Shown here one piece after another: positions 12,624-23,041 of a stretch of DNA of 32,000 bases (position 1 is its first letter; every line of letters starts with the position of its first letter). Location of the stretch: the sequence record OZ353964.1; one strand, written 5' to 3'. A program made the position numbers and the translations under genes. Below the pieces are notes generated by a model. It searched no databases. It was not told where the DNA came from and was given only the letters and a program-made list of their open reading frames with translations.

Positions 12624-13238
12624 ATGAGTTTACATACTTCGTTAATTTTTAATAAAACAAGTCGATCGGTTATTAAAAAGGTCGACGAATTTTTTACCGA
12701 AACTCAAATATTTGCTTATAGCGAATCTGTACGAGCGCAAATTGATTCTTTGGCGCTTAGAGACGTTATGCTGGACATCAACGATCGCGTATTTAATAGG
12801 GGATTTCTTATTGAGCGCTCTGATCCCAGGTTTACGGAATCCGAGGTTAGAAATTGGGTATCGTATCTACTATATCAAGATTTGCACGAAAAGAATCTTG
12901 ATCCCCTTTTGGAGGAGATTTTAATAGACTTACCAGGGCTTCAACACCTAGAAGACGAGCATCAAGCGTTAATTATTTCGGGAGCTAGAAATTATCTTCG
13001 ATTTTTTCTACCGGCTAAAAACTTGCCGGGGCTGTCGTTAGTGAAGTCGAAAGTGTGTAACAGTGGAGTTACGGAGGCGGTTTACAGGAAATTAGTGCGC
13101 GAAAATAAGGAAGCCGGCATTGGTAAAAGCGGTAGAATTCGTCTTTATTATGGACCAAGATCAGGGGAACTCAGCTTCCCGCCCTACCCAACGGCATGGG
13201 CTAAATCCCTAGCGTTTCTTCTTCCTACTCAGGAATAA
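12624..13238 (+). CDS. Orphan ORF (orf204); no recognisable family
   Basis: ATG-initiated 204-codon ORF with no predicted TM helices. A diverged paralogue at 10224-10778 supports its having been a real coding sequence. It is visibly CpG-richer than the neighbouring genes. Confidence 0.5.
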   Translation: MSLHTSLIFNKTSRSVIKKVDEFFTETQIFAYSESVRAQIDSLALRDVMLDINDRVFNRGFLIERSDPRFTESEVRNWVSYLLYQDLHEKNLDPLLEEILIDLPGLQHLEDEHQALIISGARNYLRFFLPAKNLPGLSLVKSKVCNSGVTEAVYRKLVRENKEAGIGKSGRIRLYYGPRSGELSFPPYPTAWAKSLAFLLPTQE

Positions 13239-13301
13239 ATATATGCTATTTTAAGACCTTTGATTTTTATGTTATTCTTCCTATAATTTGGGGAATTTCT
13301 T

Positions 13302-13323
13302 AAAATAGTTTTAAAACTATTTT
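13302..13323 (+). terminator. Perfect 22-bp palindrome 64 nt downstream of orf204
   Basis: AAAATAGTTTT | AAAACTATTTT. Confidence 0.3.
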
Positions 13324-13600
13324 TTGTATATATGAAATATTTTGGTGTTTGGTGTAATATAAAAGGTGTCTGCCCTAAATTAAACCAAACCCTTAATCAC
13401 TGTTTAATTAACTAATTCTTGATTAACAAAAGGAAAAATAGGGGGCTTTCCAGCAGTTGTGAGTTCCCTATAAGGGTTTTTTAGGGATTTTTTAAAATAA
13501 TGAAAAATTCTGGTCGACTATTATAAAAATAGCAATTAATATCAGAGTAAATATACAGGAGTTATTAGAAATAGATCAGGAAGAAATCCATAATTATTAG

Positions 13601-14296
13601 ATGATTGAATCTTCTAATAATCAAGTAAATAGTGGAATCTCCAGACTTCATAAAAAAATTGTAGCTAGGGATTCCCCGTTTTGTTATACGGAACTTATTT
13701 ACTTTAGTGCCCGCTTCCTATGGGTAATGGCGTACAAAAGTGAATTTTACAACAAAGGGAAATTAAAGATGAAAGTAGAGCAAAAGGTATTAATTTCTGA
13801 TATAGTACGAAATGAGTCTATATTATTTATTAATAATTTATCAAAAAGTATTAACCAGACTAATTATTTATTGTTACAAACAAGGTTACTTTCCACAAAA
13901 AAAATCATGCAAATTGTGTTAAAATTTTCTACAAAAAATTGTTGTCGACAAGACGCCCCTACATTTCTTATGGAAATAATAACTCGGATTATTTTAGATT
14001 TTATCTGTGGTACCGCCTTTACACAGCATTATAAGGCCTTAGTAAAAGTGCAAATTGGGATCTTAAAGCGTAAGTATTGTTTAAATATAACAGAGGAGAC
14101 ACTTGATGAGCTCCATGCAGGGAATATAGGGGCAGACTACGGAAATATTCTCTATAATCAAGTTGTTAGGCCCGAAACAGAACAGCAGATTTATCAACAA
14201 ATACGTAGTAAACTCAATTCAAAACAAATAAAACACTTAATGATCTGTTATATTAGAGCGCATCCTTATAAAGATCTCGAATTCGAAAGAAAATAA
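13601..14296 (+). CDS. Orphan ORF (orf231); no recognisable family
   Basis: ATG-initiated 231-codon ORF. This is long for an AT-rich spacer, but I recognise no motif and there is no paralogue in the window. Confidence 0.35.
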   Translation: MIESSNNQVNSGISRLHKKIVARDSPFCYTELIYFSARFLWVMAYKSEFYNKGKLKMKVEQKVLISDIVRNESILFINNLSKSINQTNYLLLQTRLLSTKKIMQIVLKFSTKNCCRQDAPTFLMEIITRIILDFICGTAFTQHYKALVKVQIGILKRKYCLNITEETLDELHAGNIGADYGNILYNQVVRPETEQQIYQQIRSKLNSKQIKHLMICYIRAHPYKDLEFERK

Positions 14297-14361
14297 GATT
14301 AGTGACCATAGCCCATGCGCGCTTAAAGCTGTTTTAAACTAGCAAGAACTCTGTAAATAAT

Positions 14362-14443
14362 TACTGAGAAAAAAACGCTACAGGGTCTAACTGCGGGATA
14401 ATCAATTTTCTTTATATTTATATATTAAATTACAGAATCTGCG
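14362..14443 (-). pseudogene. Duplicate of the atp8 5' end plus about 38 bp of its upstream region
   Basis: About 80% identical to 6613-6689. The minus-strand reading is ATC CCG CAG TTA GAC CCT GTA GCG TTT TTT TCT CAG TAA (IPQLDPVAFFSQ*), against atp8 MPQLDHVTFFSQY. The start codon is lost and there is a stop at codon 13. Confidence 0.65.
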
Positions 14444-14876
14444 CAATAGAAAAAAAGCCCCTGTATCACGTGTTGTGCGTTTGTAAAAATAAGAATTTTC
14501 AGCTATTATTTAAAATGCGAAATATTCGAACATGCTACGCCGAAGAAAAGGTCAAGTTATATGGCGATATGTTTTTTGCAATAATGGGGCAGGCCTACCT
14601 TTTGAGAAAAAAATTAAATATTATTTTTTAAAAACTTTTTCTTTTGTTGTTCTCTCTCTGGAGATTCGAGTGAAGGTAAAGATAGCATAAGAGAGAACAA
14701 TTAAGGCTAATTATATTAGTAGGACTATTAGTATTATATAACAATAGATATATTATATCAGGGGTAACCAATATATTAGAAAATTAGAAATAAATGCATA
14801 TGGTTTATATTATTTTATGGTTCTTTATAATGAAACAATATATATTTGTTTATATTTAATAAAGAAGTAAGTAATA

Positions 14877-15629
14877 ATGATCTTTAGTCCATTAGAGCAA
14901 TTTGCTATCATTTCGTTAGTACCTATCCATGTAGGCAATATCTATTTATCTTTTACTAATTCATCACTTTTTTTATTTTTAGTTGTAGGTTTAACACTAT
15001 TGTTGCTACATTTAATAACAATGAATGGAGGAGGTAGAATCATTCCAACCAGGTGGCAATCTTTCGTAGAAATGATTTATGAATTTGTTGTAACCTTAGT
15101 AGATGAACAAATTGGCGGTAAAGGTAAGCAGTACTTTCCATTAGTGTTTACTATTTTTAATTTTTTATTATTCTCTAATTTAATTGGAATGATCCCATAT
15201 AGCTTTACCGTGACTAGTCACATGGTAGTGACTTTTGGCTTATCTATTTCTATTTTTATCGGTATCACAATCGTTGGGTTTCAAACACACGGATTACACT
15301 TTTTTAGTTTTTTCCTACCTGCAGGAGCTCCGTTAGCTTTAGCACCACTTTTAGTAGTATTAGAAATTATTTCGTATAGTTTCCGTGCTTTAAGTTTAGG
15401 TGTTCGATTATTCGCTAATATGATGGCAGGCCATACTCTTGTAAAAATTCTAGCGGGGTTTTCTTGGAGCATGTTATCTGTTGGTGGGATTTTAGCGGTA
15501 GCCTCAACAATTCCATTTTTAATCGTATTTGCTTTAACCTTCTTAGAGATCGGTGTTGCTTGTTTACAGGCTTATGTATTTACTATTCTAGTTTGTATTT
15601 ACTTAAATGATGCAATACATTTACACTAA
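14877..15629 (+). CDS. atp6: ATP synthase Fo subunit a
   Basis: Contains SLGVRLFANMMAGH, with the essential Arg motif, and has a multi-TM profile. Confidence 0.93.
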   Translation: MIFSPLEQFAIISLVPIHVGNIYLSFTNSSLFLFLVVGLTLLLLHLITMNGGGRIIPTRWQSFVEMIYEFVVTLVDEQIGGKGKQYFPLVFTIFNFLLFSNLIGMIPYSFTVTSHMVVTFGLSISIFIGITIVGFQTHGLHFFSFFLPAGAPLALAPLLVVLEIISYSFRALSLGVRLFANMMAGHTLVKILAGFSWSMLSVGGILAVASTIPFLIVFALTFLEIGVACLQAYVFTILVCIYLNDAIHLH

Positions 15630-15647
15630 TTACAAGTAAACTAATGT

Positions 15648-15720
15648 GCGGAAATAGCTTAATTGGTAGAGTATAGCCTTGCCAAGGCTATGGTTGAGGG
15701 TTCAAATCCCTTTTTCCGCT
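15648..15720 (+). tRNA. trnG: tRNA-Gly (GCC)
   Basis: GCGGAAATAGCTTAATTGGTAGAG..CT-GCC-AA..GGTTCAAATCCC folds as a cloverleaf. Confidence 0.9.
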
Positions 15721-15728
15721 AAAGTTCT

Positions 15729-15802
15729 GTGCTTGTAGCTCAATTGGATAGAGTATCAGACTACGAATCTGGGGGTTGAGAGTTCGATTCTTTCCAAGCA
15801 CA
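15729..15802 (+). tRNA. trnR: tRNA-Arg (ACG)
   Basis: GTGCTTGTAGCTCAATTGGATAGAG..CT-ACG-AA..AGTTCGATTCT folds as a cloverleaf. Confidence 0.88.
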
Positions 15803-15826
15803 AAATGAAAAAAAAAAGAAAGAAAA

Positions 15827-16480
15827 ATGAACCAAATATTAAAAACAAAAGAATCTTTTGCAGAATTTATGCTTTCGAGGGGCGTACATTTGGGATATAA
15901 TGATTGGACATCGTCCTGTTTATACTTAGGAAAACGTAATAAGTTATCTGTATTTGACCTCAATAGAGTGATTTATTCAATAGCAAAGGTTGGGTCTGTG
16001 TTTAGCGAGATGTCGCGGGCCAAAAAAAAAATGAATATATTAGTAGTAAACACAAACCCAGAATATAACGAATTAGTGAAATTTTTTGCTTTAAGTACTG
16101 GACAAAATCATGTCAATAATCGATGGATCGGTGGAACACTAACTAATTGGGAAAAAATATCACGTGGTATAATTAAATTTCAACGACTATCGCGCCGATT
16201 CCCACAATTTGATTCAAAAAATCCACGCTATAAAAAAATGAAAAAAAGTTTTAACGGATTTCAACAACAAATTGAAAAACCCGATTTTATTTTTTTAATC
16301 AATTCATACCAGCAACAAAAAATATTAAACGAAGCATCTTCGCTTCAAATACCCGTTATTGCTTTTGTCGATTCAAATACCCCCCAAAAATTAATTACAT
16401 ACCCAATATATGGTAATGCAAATTCTTATGATTTTGTATATTTTTGTTTAAATTTATTTTTGAAAATTTATAATAAATAA
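15827..16480 (+). CDS. rps2: Ribosomal protein S2
   Basis: Contains GVHLGYNDW and the S2 signature NNRWIGGTLTNW. Confidence 0.8.
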   Translation: MNQILKTKESFAEFMLSRGVHLGYNDWTSSCLYLGKRNKLSVFDLNRVIYSIAKVGSVFSEMSRAKKKMNILVVNTNPEYNELVKFFALSTGQNHVNNRWIGGTLTNWEKISRGIIKFQRLSRRFPQFDSKNPRYKKMKKSFNGFQQQIEKPDFIFLINSYQQQKILNEASSLQIPVIAFVDSNTPQKLITYPIYGNANSYDFVYFCLNLFLKIYNK

Positions 16481-16527
16481 AATGTTGCATATTTTATAAT
16501 TGGCTAACACAATTAATAATTAATTAT

Positions 16528-16601
16528 GGGAGAATAGTTCCAATTGGTAGAACAATGGTCTCCAAAACCATAGGTTAAGGGTTCGAATCCCTTTTCTCCT
16601 G
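16528..16601 (+). tRNA. trnW: tRNA-Trp (CCA)
   Basis: Cloverleaf with anticodon loop CT-CCA-AA and the T arm GGTTCGAATCCC. The CCA anticodon argues for the standard code. Confidence 0.9.
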
Positions 16602-16651
16602 TGGTAACCTATGTTACAAGACTAACTGTAGCTTTTTTATGTAACGTTAAT

Positions 16652-16723
16652 GTCCCTTTCGTCTAGGGGTTAGGACATCGCTTTTTCATGGCGAAAACAC
16701 GGGTTCGAATCCCGTAAGGGATA
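16652..16723 (+). tRNA. trnE: tRNA-Glu (UUC)
   Basis: GTCCCTTTCGTCTAGGGGTTAGGAC..TT-TTC-AT..GGTTCGAATCCCG. Confidence 0.9.
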
Positions 16724-16767
16724 CTGTAGTTTAATCTATTTAGAAAAAAAAGATAATTACAATATTT

Positions 16768-17754
16768 ATGAGTTTATTTATTCTTAGTTCTGTAGCAAAA
16801 ATCTTAGGGTTAATTGTACCTTTGCTTCTTGGTGTAGCTTTTTTAACATTAGCTGAGCGAAAGGTAATGGGGTCAATGCAGCGAAGAAAAGGGCCTAATG
16901 TAGTTGGATTTATGGGATTACTACAACCAATTGCAGATGGGCTAAAGTTATTAATCAAAGAGCCTGTATTGCCTAGTAATGCAAACATTGTAATTTTTTT
17001 AATGGCTCCTGTATTAACGTTTGTACTAGCTTTAATCACTTGGTCAGTAATTCCTTTTGGTGAGGGAGCTGTTTTAGCAGATTTAAATGTAGGAATCCTT
17101 TATATTTTTGCCATTTCTTCTTTAGGCGTATACGGTATTATTATGGCAGGTTGGGCAAGTAATTCCAAATATGCGTTTTTAGGGTCTTTACGTTCTGCTG
17201 CTCAAATGGTTTCTTATGAAGTTTCCATTGGCTTAATTATTATTTGTGTGCTTTTATGCGTAGGTTCCCTAAATTTGACTGAAATTGTTTTGGCCCAACA
17301 GGGCGTTTGGTATGTTATTCCACTATTTCCTTTATTTATACTTTTTTTTATTTCATGTTTAGCTGAAACTAATAGAGCGCCTTTTGATTTACCAGAAGCG
17401 GAAGCGGAGCTAGTTGCAGGTTATAATGTGGAATATTCTTCTATGGGTTTTGCTCTATTTTTCCTGGGCGAATATGCTAATATGATTGTAATGAGTTCAT
17501 TATGTGCAATACTTTTCTTAGGCGGCTGGTTACCTCCGATTGATTTTGTAATTTTTCACTGGGTTCCTGGCGGAGTATGGCTTGGGCTAAAAACCATTAT
17601 ATTTCTTTTTACCTTTATATGGGCTCGTGCAGCTTTTCCTCGCTATCGATATGATCAATTAATGCGGTTAGGCTGGAAAGTGTTTTTACCTTTATCTCTA
17701 GCTTGGGTTATATTTGTAGCTGGAATTTTATTAGCATTTGATTGGCTTCCATAA
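16768..17754 (+). CDS. nad1: NADH dehydrogenase subunit 1
   Basis: Contains [17 protein letters not shown] and [25 protein letters not shown]. Confidence 0.93.
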   Translation: MSLFILSSVAKILGLIVPLLLGVAFLTLAERKVMGSMQRRKGPNVVGFMGLLQPIADGLKLLIKEPVLPSNANIVIFLMAPVLTFVLALITWSVIPFGEGAVLADLNVGILYIFAISSLGVYGIIMAGWASNSKYAFLGSLRSAAQMVSYEVSIGLIIICVLLCVGSLNLTEIVLAQQGVWYVIPLFPLFILFFISCLAETNRAPFDLPEAEAELVAGYNVEYSSMGFALFFLGEYANMIVMSSLCAILFLGGWLPPIDFVIFHWVPGGVWLGLKTIIFLFTFIWARAAFPRYRYDQLMRLGWKVFLPLSLAWVIFVAGILLAFDWLP

Positions 17755-17811
17755 TTCTGGATAGAGGAAATAATTATTCGATAGAATTGACAAAAAAGAA
17801 TTTTAGTTTTT

Positions 17812-19824
17812 ATGTATTTGTTAATTGTTTTTTTGCCTTTACTTGGTAGTATGGTAGCGGGGGGCTTTGGCCGGTTTTTAGGATTCCGCGGAGCTGCTTT
17901 AGTTACAACTACTTGTGTAGTTACTACATTCTTGCTATCGTGTATGGCTTTTTATGAAGTAGCTTTAGCAGCAAGCCCCTGTCATATTGCGCTATCGCCC
18001 TGGTTTGTTTCAGAGATGTTTGATGCTTCATGGGGTTTTTTATTTGATAGTTTAACAGTGGTAATGCTTATAGTAGTTACTAGTGTAAGTAGTTTAGTTC
18101 ATTTATATTCAATTTCTTATATGGGCGAAGACCCGCATTTACCAAGATTTATGTGTTATCTATCAATTTTTACATTTTTTATGTTAATGTTAGTGACCGC
18201 AGATAATTTTTTACAAATGTTTTTAGGTTGGGAAGGTGTTGGTTTGGCATCTTATTTATTAATTAATTTTTGGTTTACTAGACTTCAAGCTAATAAGGCT
18301 GCAATTAAGGCTATGTTAGTCAATCGGGTTGGTGATTTTGGATTAGCATTAGGGGTAATGGGAGTATTCTTTTTATTTAAAACTGTAGATTTTCGTACTG
18401 TATTTGCTTGTGCACCGCATTTTGCAAATACATCTTTATTATTTTGTAATATAGAATGGGATGCTTTAACTCTTATTTGTTGTTTATTATTTGTGGGGTC
18501 TGTTGGTAAATCAGCCCAAATTGGGTTACAAACATGGTTACCTGATGCTATGGAAGGACCAACTCCTGTATCCGCATTAATTCATGCTGCTACCATGGTT
18601 ACAGCGGGTGTGTTTTTAATTGCACGTTGTTCCCCATTATTTGAGTATGCTCCAACAGCTTTAATGGTTGTTACATTTGGAGGCGCAATGACTTCGTTTT
18701 TTGCAGCTACTACTGGTGTTGTTCAAAATGATTTAAAACGAGTAATCGCTTATTCAACTTGTAGCCAGTTAGGATATATGGTATTCGCTTGTGGTATTTC
18801 CGGGTATTCTGTAGGGGTGTTTCATTTAATGAATCACGCATTTTTCAAAGCTTTATTGTTTCTAAGTGCTGGTTCGGTAATCCACGCTATGGCAGATGAA
18901 CAAGATATGCGAAAAATGGGTGGAATTGTTCAATTAGTTCCATTTACATATTCAATGATGTTGATTGGTTCATTATCATTAGTAGGATTTCCATTTTTAA
19001 CCGGGTTTTATTCAAAAGATGCAATTTTAGAAGTTGCGTATGCTTACTGTTCTGTTAGTGGTAATTTTGCTTATTGGCTGGGTAGTATGTCTGTGTGTTT
19101 TACATCATATTATTCATTTAGGCTATTATTTTTAACCTTTTTAGGCTCGAATAATGCATACAAGTCATCTGTAGCCCATGCTCATGATGCTCCTGTAATT
19201 ATGGCTATTCCATTAATTATTTTAGCTTTTGGTAGTATTTTTGTAGGGTATTTAGCCAAAGATATGATGATTGGTTTAGGTACTAGCTTTTGGGGAAATG
19301 CTTTATTTACCTTACCAAAAAATGGTCTAATTTTAGAATCTGAATATATCCCCCAAGCTGTAAAATTTATCCCTCTAATTGGTACTGCTTCCGGTGCAGT
19401 AATCGCATATTTTATAAATATGAGTGATGGTTCCTTGGCTTATTCAATGAAAACTAGTGCTTTAGGTCAGAAATTATATACCTTTTTAAATAAGCGTTGG
19501 CTTTTCGATAAATTATATAATGAATTTATTGCAGCATCTGGTTTACGTTTTGGTTATGAAGTTTCATTCAAGGCTATGGATAAAGGAATTATTGAAATGT
19601 TAGGCCCAACTGGTATTATGTATACATTTCAAAATTTTATTGTTAAAATTAAGAGTTTACAAACAGGATTTATTTATCACTACGCCTTATTTATGTTAGT
19701 AGGATTATCCGGTTTAATTGCTTTTGTAGAACTTTGGGATTTCTTATCAATATGGATTGACCATCGTTTATATTTTATTCATTTAATTAGCTTCATCTTT
19801 GTATCATATTGTTCCAACGATTAA
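17812..19824 (+). CDS. nad5: NADH dehydrogenase subunit 5
   Basis: 670 aa. Contains [16 protein letters not shown] and [31 protein letters not shown]. Confidence 0.93.
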   Translation: MYLLIVFLPLLGSMVAGGFGRFLGFRGAALVTTTCVVTTFLLSCMAFYEVALAASPCHIALSPWFVSEMFDASWGFLFDSLTVVMLIVVTSVSSLVHLYSISYMGEDPHLPRFMCYLSIFTFFMLMLVTADNFLQMFLGWEGVGLASYLLINFWFTRLQANKAAIKAMLVNRVGDFGLALGVMGVFFLFKTVDFRTVFACAPHFANTSLLFCNIEWDALTLICCLLFVGSVGKSAQIGLQTWLPDAMEGPTPVSALIHAATMVTAGVFLIARCSPLFEYAPTALMVVTFGGAMTSFFAATTGVVQNDLKRVIAYSTCSQLGYMVFACGISGYSVGVFHLMNHAFFKALLFLSAGSVIHAMADEQDMRKMGGIVQLVPFTYSMMLIGSLSLVGFPFLTGFYSKDAILEVAYAYCSVSGNFAYWLGSMSVCFTSYYSFRLLFLTFLGSNNAYKSSVAHAHDAPVIMAIPLIILAFGSIFVGYLAKDMMIGLGTSFWGNALFTLPKNGLILESEYIPQAVKFIPLIGTASGAVIAYFINMSDGSLAYSMKTSALGQKLYTFLNKRWLFDKLYNEFIAASGLRFGYEVSFKAMDKGIIEMLGPTGIMYTFQNFIVKIKSLQTGFIYHYALFMLVGLSGLIAFVELWDFLSIWIDHRLYFIHLISFIFVSYCSND

Positions 19825-19834
19825 AGATTAATAT

Positions 19835-19879
19835 ATGCATGGTTATATCTTTTAAATTATTGATATTTTAACCATGCAT
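19835..19879 (+). terminator. Stem-loop 11 nt downstream of nad5
   Basis: ATGCATGGTTA (19835-19845) pairs with TAACCATGCAT (19869-19879), an 11-bp perfect stem. Confidence 0.45.
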
Positions 19880-19901
19880 CAACAAAAAAGATAGATCTTT
19901 C

Positions 19902-21368
19902 ATGTTACAATCTTCATTATTATCTTTTCTTATTTTTTTCCCATTAGTTGGTGCATTAATTTGTGCAATTGCACCCCGGGCATATAGTAAGATAATTGCA
20001 TTATCAGTATCCTTATTAACTTTTTTAGTATCTTCTTTTTGTTGGATACTTTTTGATAATTCTACAGCAAAATTCCAATTTGTTGAACATTTTGAATGGT
20101 TACCGCTGTCTAATATTTCGATACCTTTAGGTATTGATGGTATTTCCTTATTCTTTGTCTTATTAACTACATTTTTAATACCAGCTTGTTTACTAGTAAG
20201 TTGGGTTAGTATACAACATTATGTTACTGAGTATTGTATCGCATTTTTAGTATTAGAGGGGTTATTAATTGCCGTTTTTACTATGCTAGATTTGTTAATG
20301 TTTTATATTTTTTTTGAAAGCGTATTAATTCCAATGTTTCTAATTATTGGTATTTGGGGTTCACGTGAACGTAAAATTCGTGCTGCCTATCAATTTTTCA
20401 TTTATACTTTATTTGGTTCAGTGTTTATGCTATTAGCTATCCTTTTAATATACTACCAAACAGGTACTACAGATTTGCAAATATTACTTACTACTGAATT
20501 TAGCGAACGCCGTCAAATTCTTTTATGGTTAGCTTTTTTTGCATCATTTGCTGTTAAAGTGCCCATGGTTCCAGTTCACATTTGGCTACCCGAAGCTCAT
20601 GTAGAGGCGCCTACTGCCGGTTCAGTGATATTAGCTGGTATTTTATTAAAATTAGGAACTTATGGGTTTTTACGGTTTTCCATTCCAATGTTCCCAGAAG
20701 CGACTATATATTTTACACCATTAATATATACTATGAGCGTTATCGCTATTATTTATACATCTTTAACTACACTTCGTCAAGTTGACCTAAAGAAGGTAAT
20801 TGCCTATTCTTCTGTAGCACATATGAATTTTGTAACTATTGGCCTATTTAGCTGTAATATGCAAGGAATTGAAGGAAGTTTGTTTTTGATGTTAAGTCAT
20901 GGATTTGTTTCTTCTGCACTTTTTTTGTGTATTGGTGTATTATATGATCGACATAAAACTCGTATTCTAAGGTATTATGGTGGGTGTGTTCATACTATGC
21001 CAATTTTTTCAGTTATCTTCTTATTTTTCACATTAGCAAATTTAAGTCTTCCCGGTACTGGTAGTTTTGTCGGAGAATTTCTGATTTTAGTTGGGGCTTT
21101 TCAGCAAAACACTTGGATTACTATGTTAGCTGCAACTGGGATGGTATTAGGTGCTGGATATTCACTTTGGTTATATAACCGAGTTGTTTTTGGTAATCTA
21201 AAACCAAATTTTATTACAACCTTTTCTGATGTTAATAGACGCGAAGTGGCAATGTTTACTCCTTTTGTCGTAGCTACAGTATGGATGGGAGTATACCCAG
21301 AAGTTATATTGGATGCTATGCATTGTTCTGTAGGTAACGTATTACAACACGGTAACTATGTAGTATAG
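19902..21368 (+). CDS. nad4: NADH dehydrogenase subunit 4
   Basis: Contains VHIWLPEAHVEAPTAGSVILAGILLKLGTYG and AYSSVAHMNFV. Confidence 0.93.
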   Translation: MLQSSLLSFLIFFPLVGALICAIAPRAYSKIIALSVSLLTFLVSSFCWILFDNSTAKFQFVEHFEWLPLSNISIPLGIDGISLFFVLLTTFLIPACLLVSWVSIQHYVTEYCIAFLVLEGLLIAVFTMLDLLMFYIFFESVLIPMFLIIGIWGSRERKIRAAYQFFIYTLFGSVFMLLAILLIYYQTGTTDLQILLTTEFSERRQILLWLAFFASFAVKVPMVPVHIWLPEAHVEAPTAGSVILAGILLKLGTYGFLRFSIPMFPEATIYFTPLIYTMSVIAIIYTSLTTLRQVDLKKVIAYSSVAHMNFVTIGLFSCNMQGIEGSLFLMLSHGFVSSALFLCIGVLYDRHKTRILRYYGGCVHTMPIFSVIFLFFTLANLSLPGTGSFVGEFLILVGAFQQNTWITMLAATGMVLGAGYSLWLYNRVVFGNLKPNFITTFSDVNRREVAMFTPFVVATVWMGVYPEVILDAMHCSVGNVLQHGNYVV

Positions 21369-21408
21369 TTTTTGTATATATTTTAAATATATATAGATCC
21401 GTAACAAT

Positions 21409-21427
21409 TTTTTGCAGCCTGCAAAAA
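21409..21427 (+). terminator. Short stem-loop downstream of nad4
   Basis: TTTTTGC agcct GCAAAAA, a 7-bp stem. Confidence 0.3.
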
Positions 21428-21462
21428 GTTTAATTTACTTTTAAAACAAAGTTTTATTTTAT

Positions 21463-22986
21463 ATGAATTTCGTGAAATTGATAAATATGGATTTTGGTTC
21501 TATTATAAGCCAATCTGATTTTTTAGCAATGTACCCTGAATTATTTTTAGTAAATGCAACTTTACTATTGTTAGCTTACGGTGTTGTAATATCTACGTCC
21601 CCAACATATTCGTACCCTTTATTGGTTCGAAATGTTGGCTGGTTAGGGATTTACGCTCTAGGTTTAACGGGGTTGCTTTTATACAGTAGCCCATTAACTT
21701 ATGGGGTTGTTATGTATAACAACTTTGTTATTGATTATTTTACTTTCTTTTTCAAAGCTCTTGTATTAATGAGCTCTGCTTGTGCTATTTATTTATCGCT
21801 AGATTATTTTAGGCAAGAAAGCCTTAACCCTTTTGAATCCGTTGTCTTAATGTTATTGTCGACTTGTAGTATGTTATTTTTAATATCCTCTTATGATTTA
21901 ATCGCCATGTATTTGGCTATTGAACTTCAGGGATTATCTTTTTATATACTAGCGGCCTCAAAACGTAATTCAGAATTTTCAACTGAAGCTGGGCTTAAGT
22001 ATTTCATTTTAGGAGCTTTTTCATCAGGTATTCTATTATTTGGGTGTTCAATGATTTATGGTTTTACAGGATTAACCCATTTCCAAGAATTGGCTAAATT
22101 TTTCACAGGATTAAGTACAATGCCCTTAGCTACTTTTAGTGGTTTCTTGTTAGGAATCCTATTTTTAGCTGTAGGTTTCTTGTTTAAGCTAACTGCTGCA
22201 CCTTTTCATATGTGGGTTCCAGATGTATATGAAGGATCACCAACTTCAGTTACTGCATTTTTCGCCATCGTGCCAAAAATTGCTATTTTGGGGGTATTCT
22301 TAAAATTATTTTTGTTCGTGTTTTATGAGGTTTTTCTTTCATGGCAACAAATTTTTATATTTTGTAGTTTAGCTTCTATGGTAGTTGGGTCGCTTGCGGC
22401 AATTTATCAAAAAAAGGTAAAACGTCTACTAGCTTTTAGTTCTATAGGGCATATGGGCTATATTTTAATCGGTGTTTGCTGCGGCACATTAGAGGGTGTT
22501 CAAGCAACATTGTTATATATCGGTATTTATGTAATAATGACTATTAATATATTTGCAATTGTTTTAGCGCTAAAATCTCAAGGTAATTCTTTTAGATTAA
22601 AGTATTTAGAAGATTTTGCGATGTTGTCTAAGAGTAACCCCTTATTAGCACTTACTATGACTTTAGTATTATTTTCTATGGCTGGTATACCACCTTTAGC
22701 CGGATTTTGTAGTAAGTTTTATATGTTTTTCGTAGCATTAGAGTCATCATTATATATTTTGGCCTTTGCTGGAATTATTACAAGTGTTATTAGTTGTTTT
22801 TACTACATTAGATTTATTAAAATAATGTATTTCGACAAGCCTAATACTTGGGTTGTTTATCAACCAATGGATCGTGAAAAAGCATTAATTCTAGGTATTA
22901 GTACCTTCTTTATCCTTTTTTTCTTTTGTTATCCTTCACCTTGTTTTTTACTAACCCATAAAGTTGCTATTGCCTTTTGTTATTAA
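21463..22986 (+). CDS. nad2: NADH dehydrogenase subunit 2
   Basis: 507 aa and multi-TM. Contains AAPFHMWVPDVYEGSPTSVTAF and LLAFSSIGHMGY. Met9 is an alternative start. Confidence 0.9.
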   Translation: MNFVKLINMDFGSIISQSDFLAMYPELFLVNATLLLLAYGVVISTSPTYSYPLLVRNVGWLGIYALGLTGLLLYSSPLTYGVVMYNNFVIDYFTFFFKALVLMSSACAIYLSLDYFRQESLNPFESVVLMLLSTCSMLFLISSYDLIAMYLAIELQGLSFYILAASKRNSEFSTEAGLKYFILGAFSSGILLFGCSMIYGFTGLTHFQELAKFFTGLSTMPLATFSGFLLGILFLAVGFLFKLTAAPFHMWVPDVYEGSPTSVTAFFAIVPKIAILGVFLKLFLFVFYEVFLSWQQIFIFCSLASMVVGSLAAIYQKKVKRLLAFSSIGHMGYILIGVCCGTLEGVQATLLYIGIYVIMTINIFAIVLALKSQGNSFRLKYLEDFAMLSKSNPLLALTMTLVLFSMAGIPPLAGFCSKFYMFFVALESSLYILAFAGIITSVISCFYYIRFIKIMYFDKPNTWVVYQPMDREKALILGISTFFILFFFCYPSPCFLLTHKVAIAFCY

Positions 22987-23004
22987 AAACATAATTAATT
23001 TCTT

Positions 23005-23029
23005 AGTAGGAGGTAATTTATCTCCTACT
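23005..23029 (+). terminator. Stem-loop downstream of nad2
   Basis: AGTAGGAG gtaatttat CTCCTACT, an 8-bp stem. Confidence 0.4.
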
Positions 23030-23041
23030 TACCCTTTTAAT

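Noticed and set aside
12712-12924. A 70-aa ORF in another frame within orf204.
   Set aside because: It is fully nested. The paralogue alignment supports the orf204 frame, not this one.
15281-15472. A 63-aa minus-strand ORF.
   Set aside because: It is antisense to atp6.
15688-15963. A 91-aa minus-strand ORF.
   Set aside because: It runs antisense through trnG(GCC), trnR(ACG) and the start of rps2.
16740-17039. A 99-aa minus-strand ORF.
   Set aside because: It is antisense to the conserved N-terminus of nad1.
20582-20785. A 67-aa plus-strand ORF in an alternative frame.
   Set aside because: It is nested in the most conserved part of nad4.
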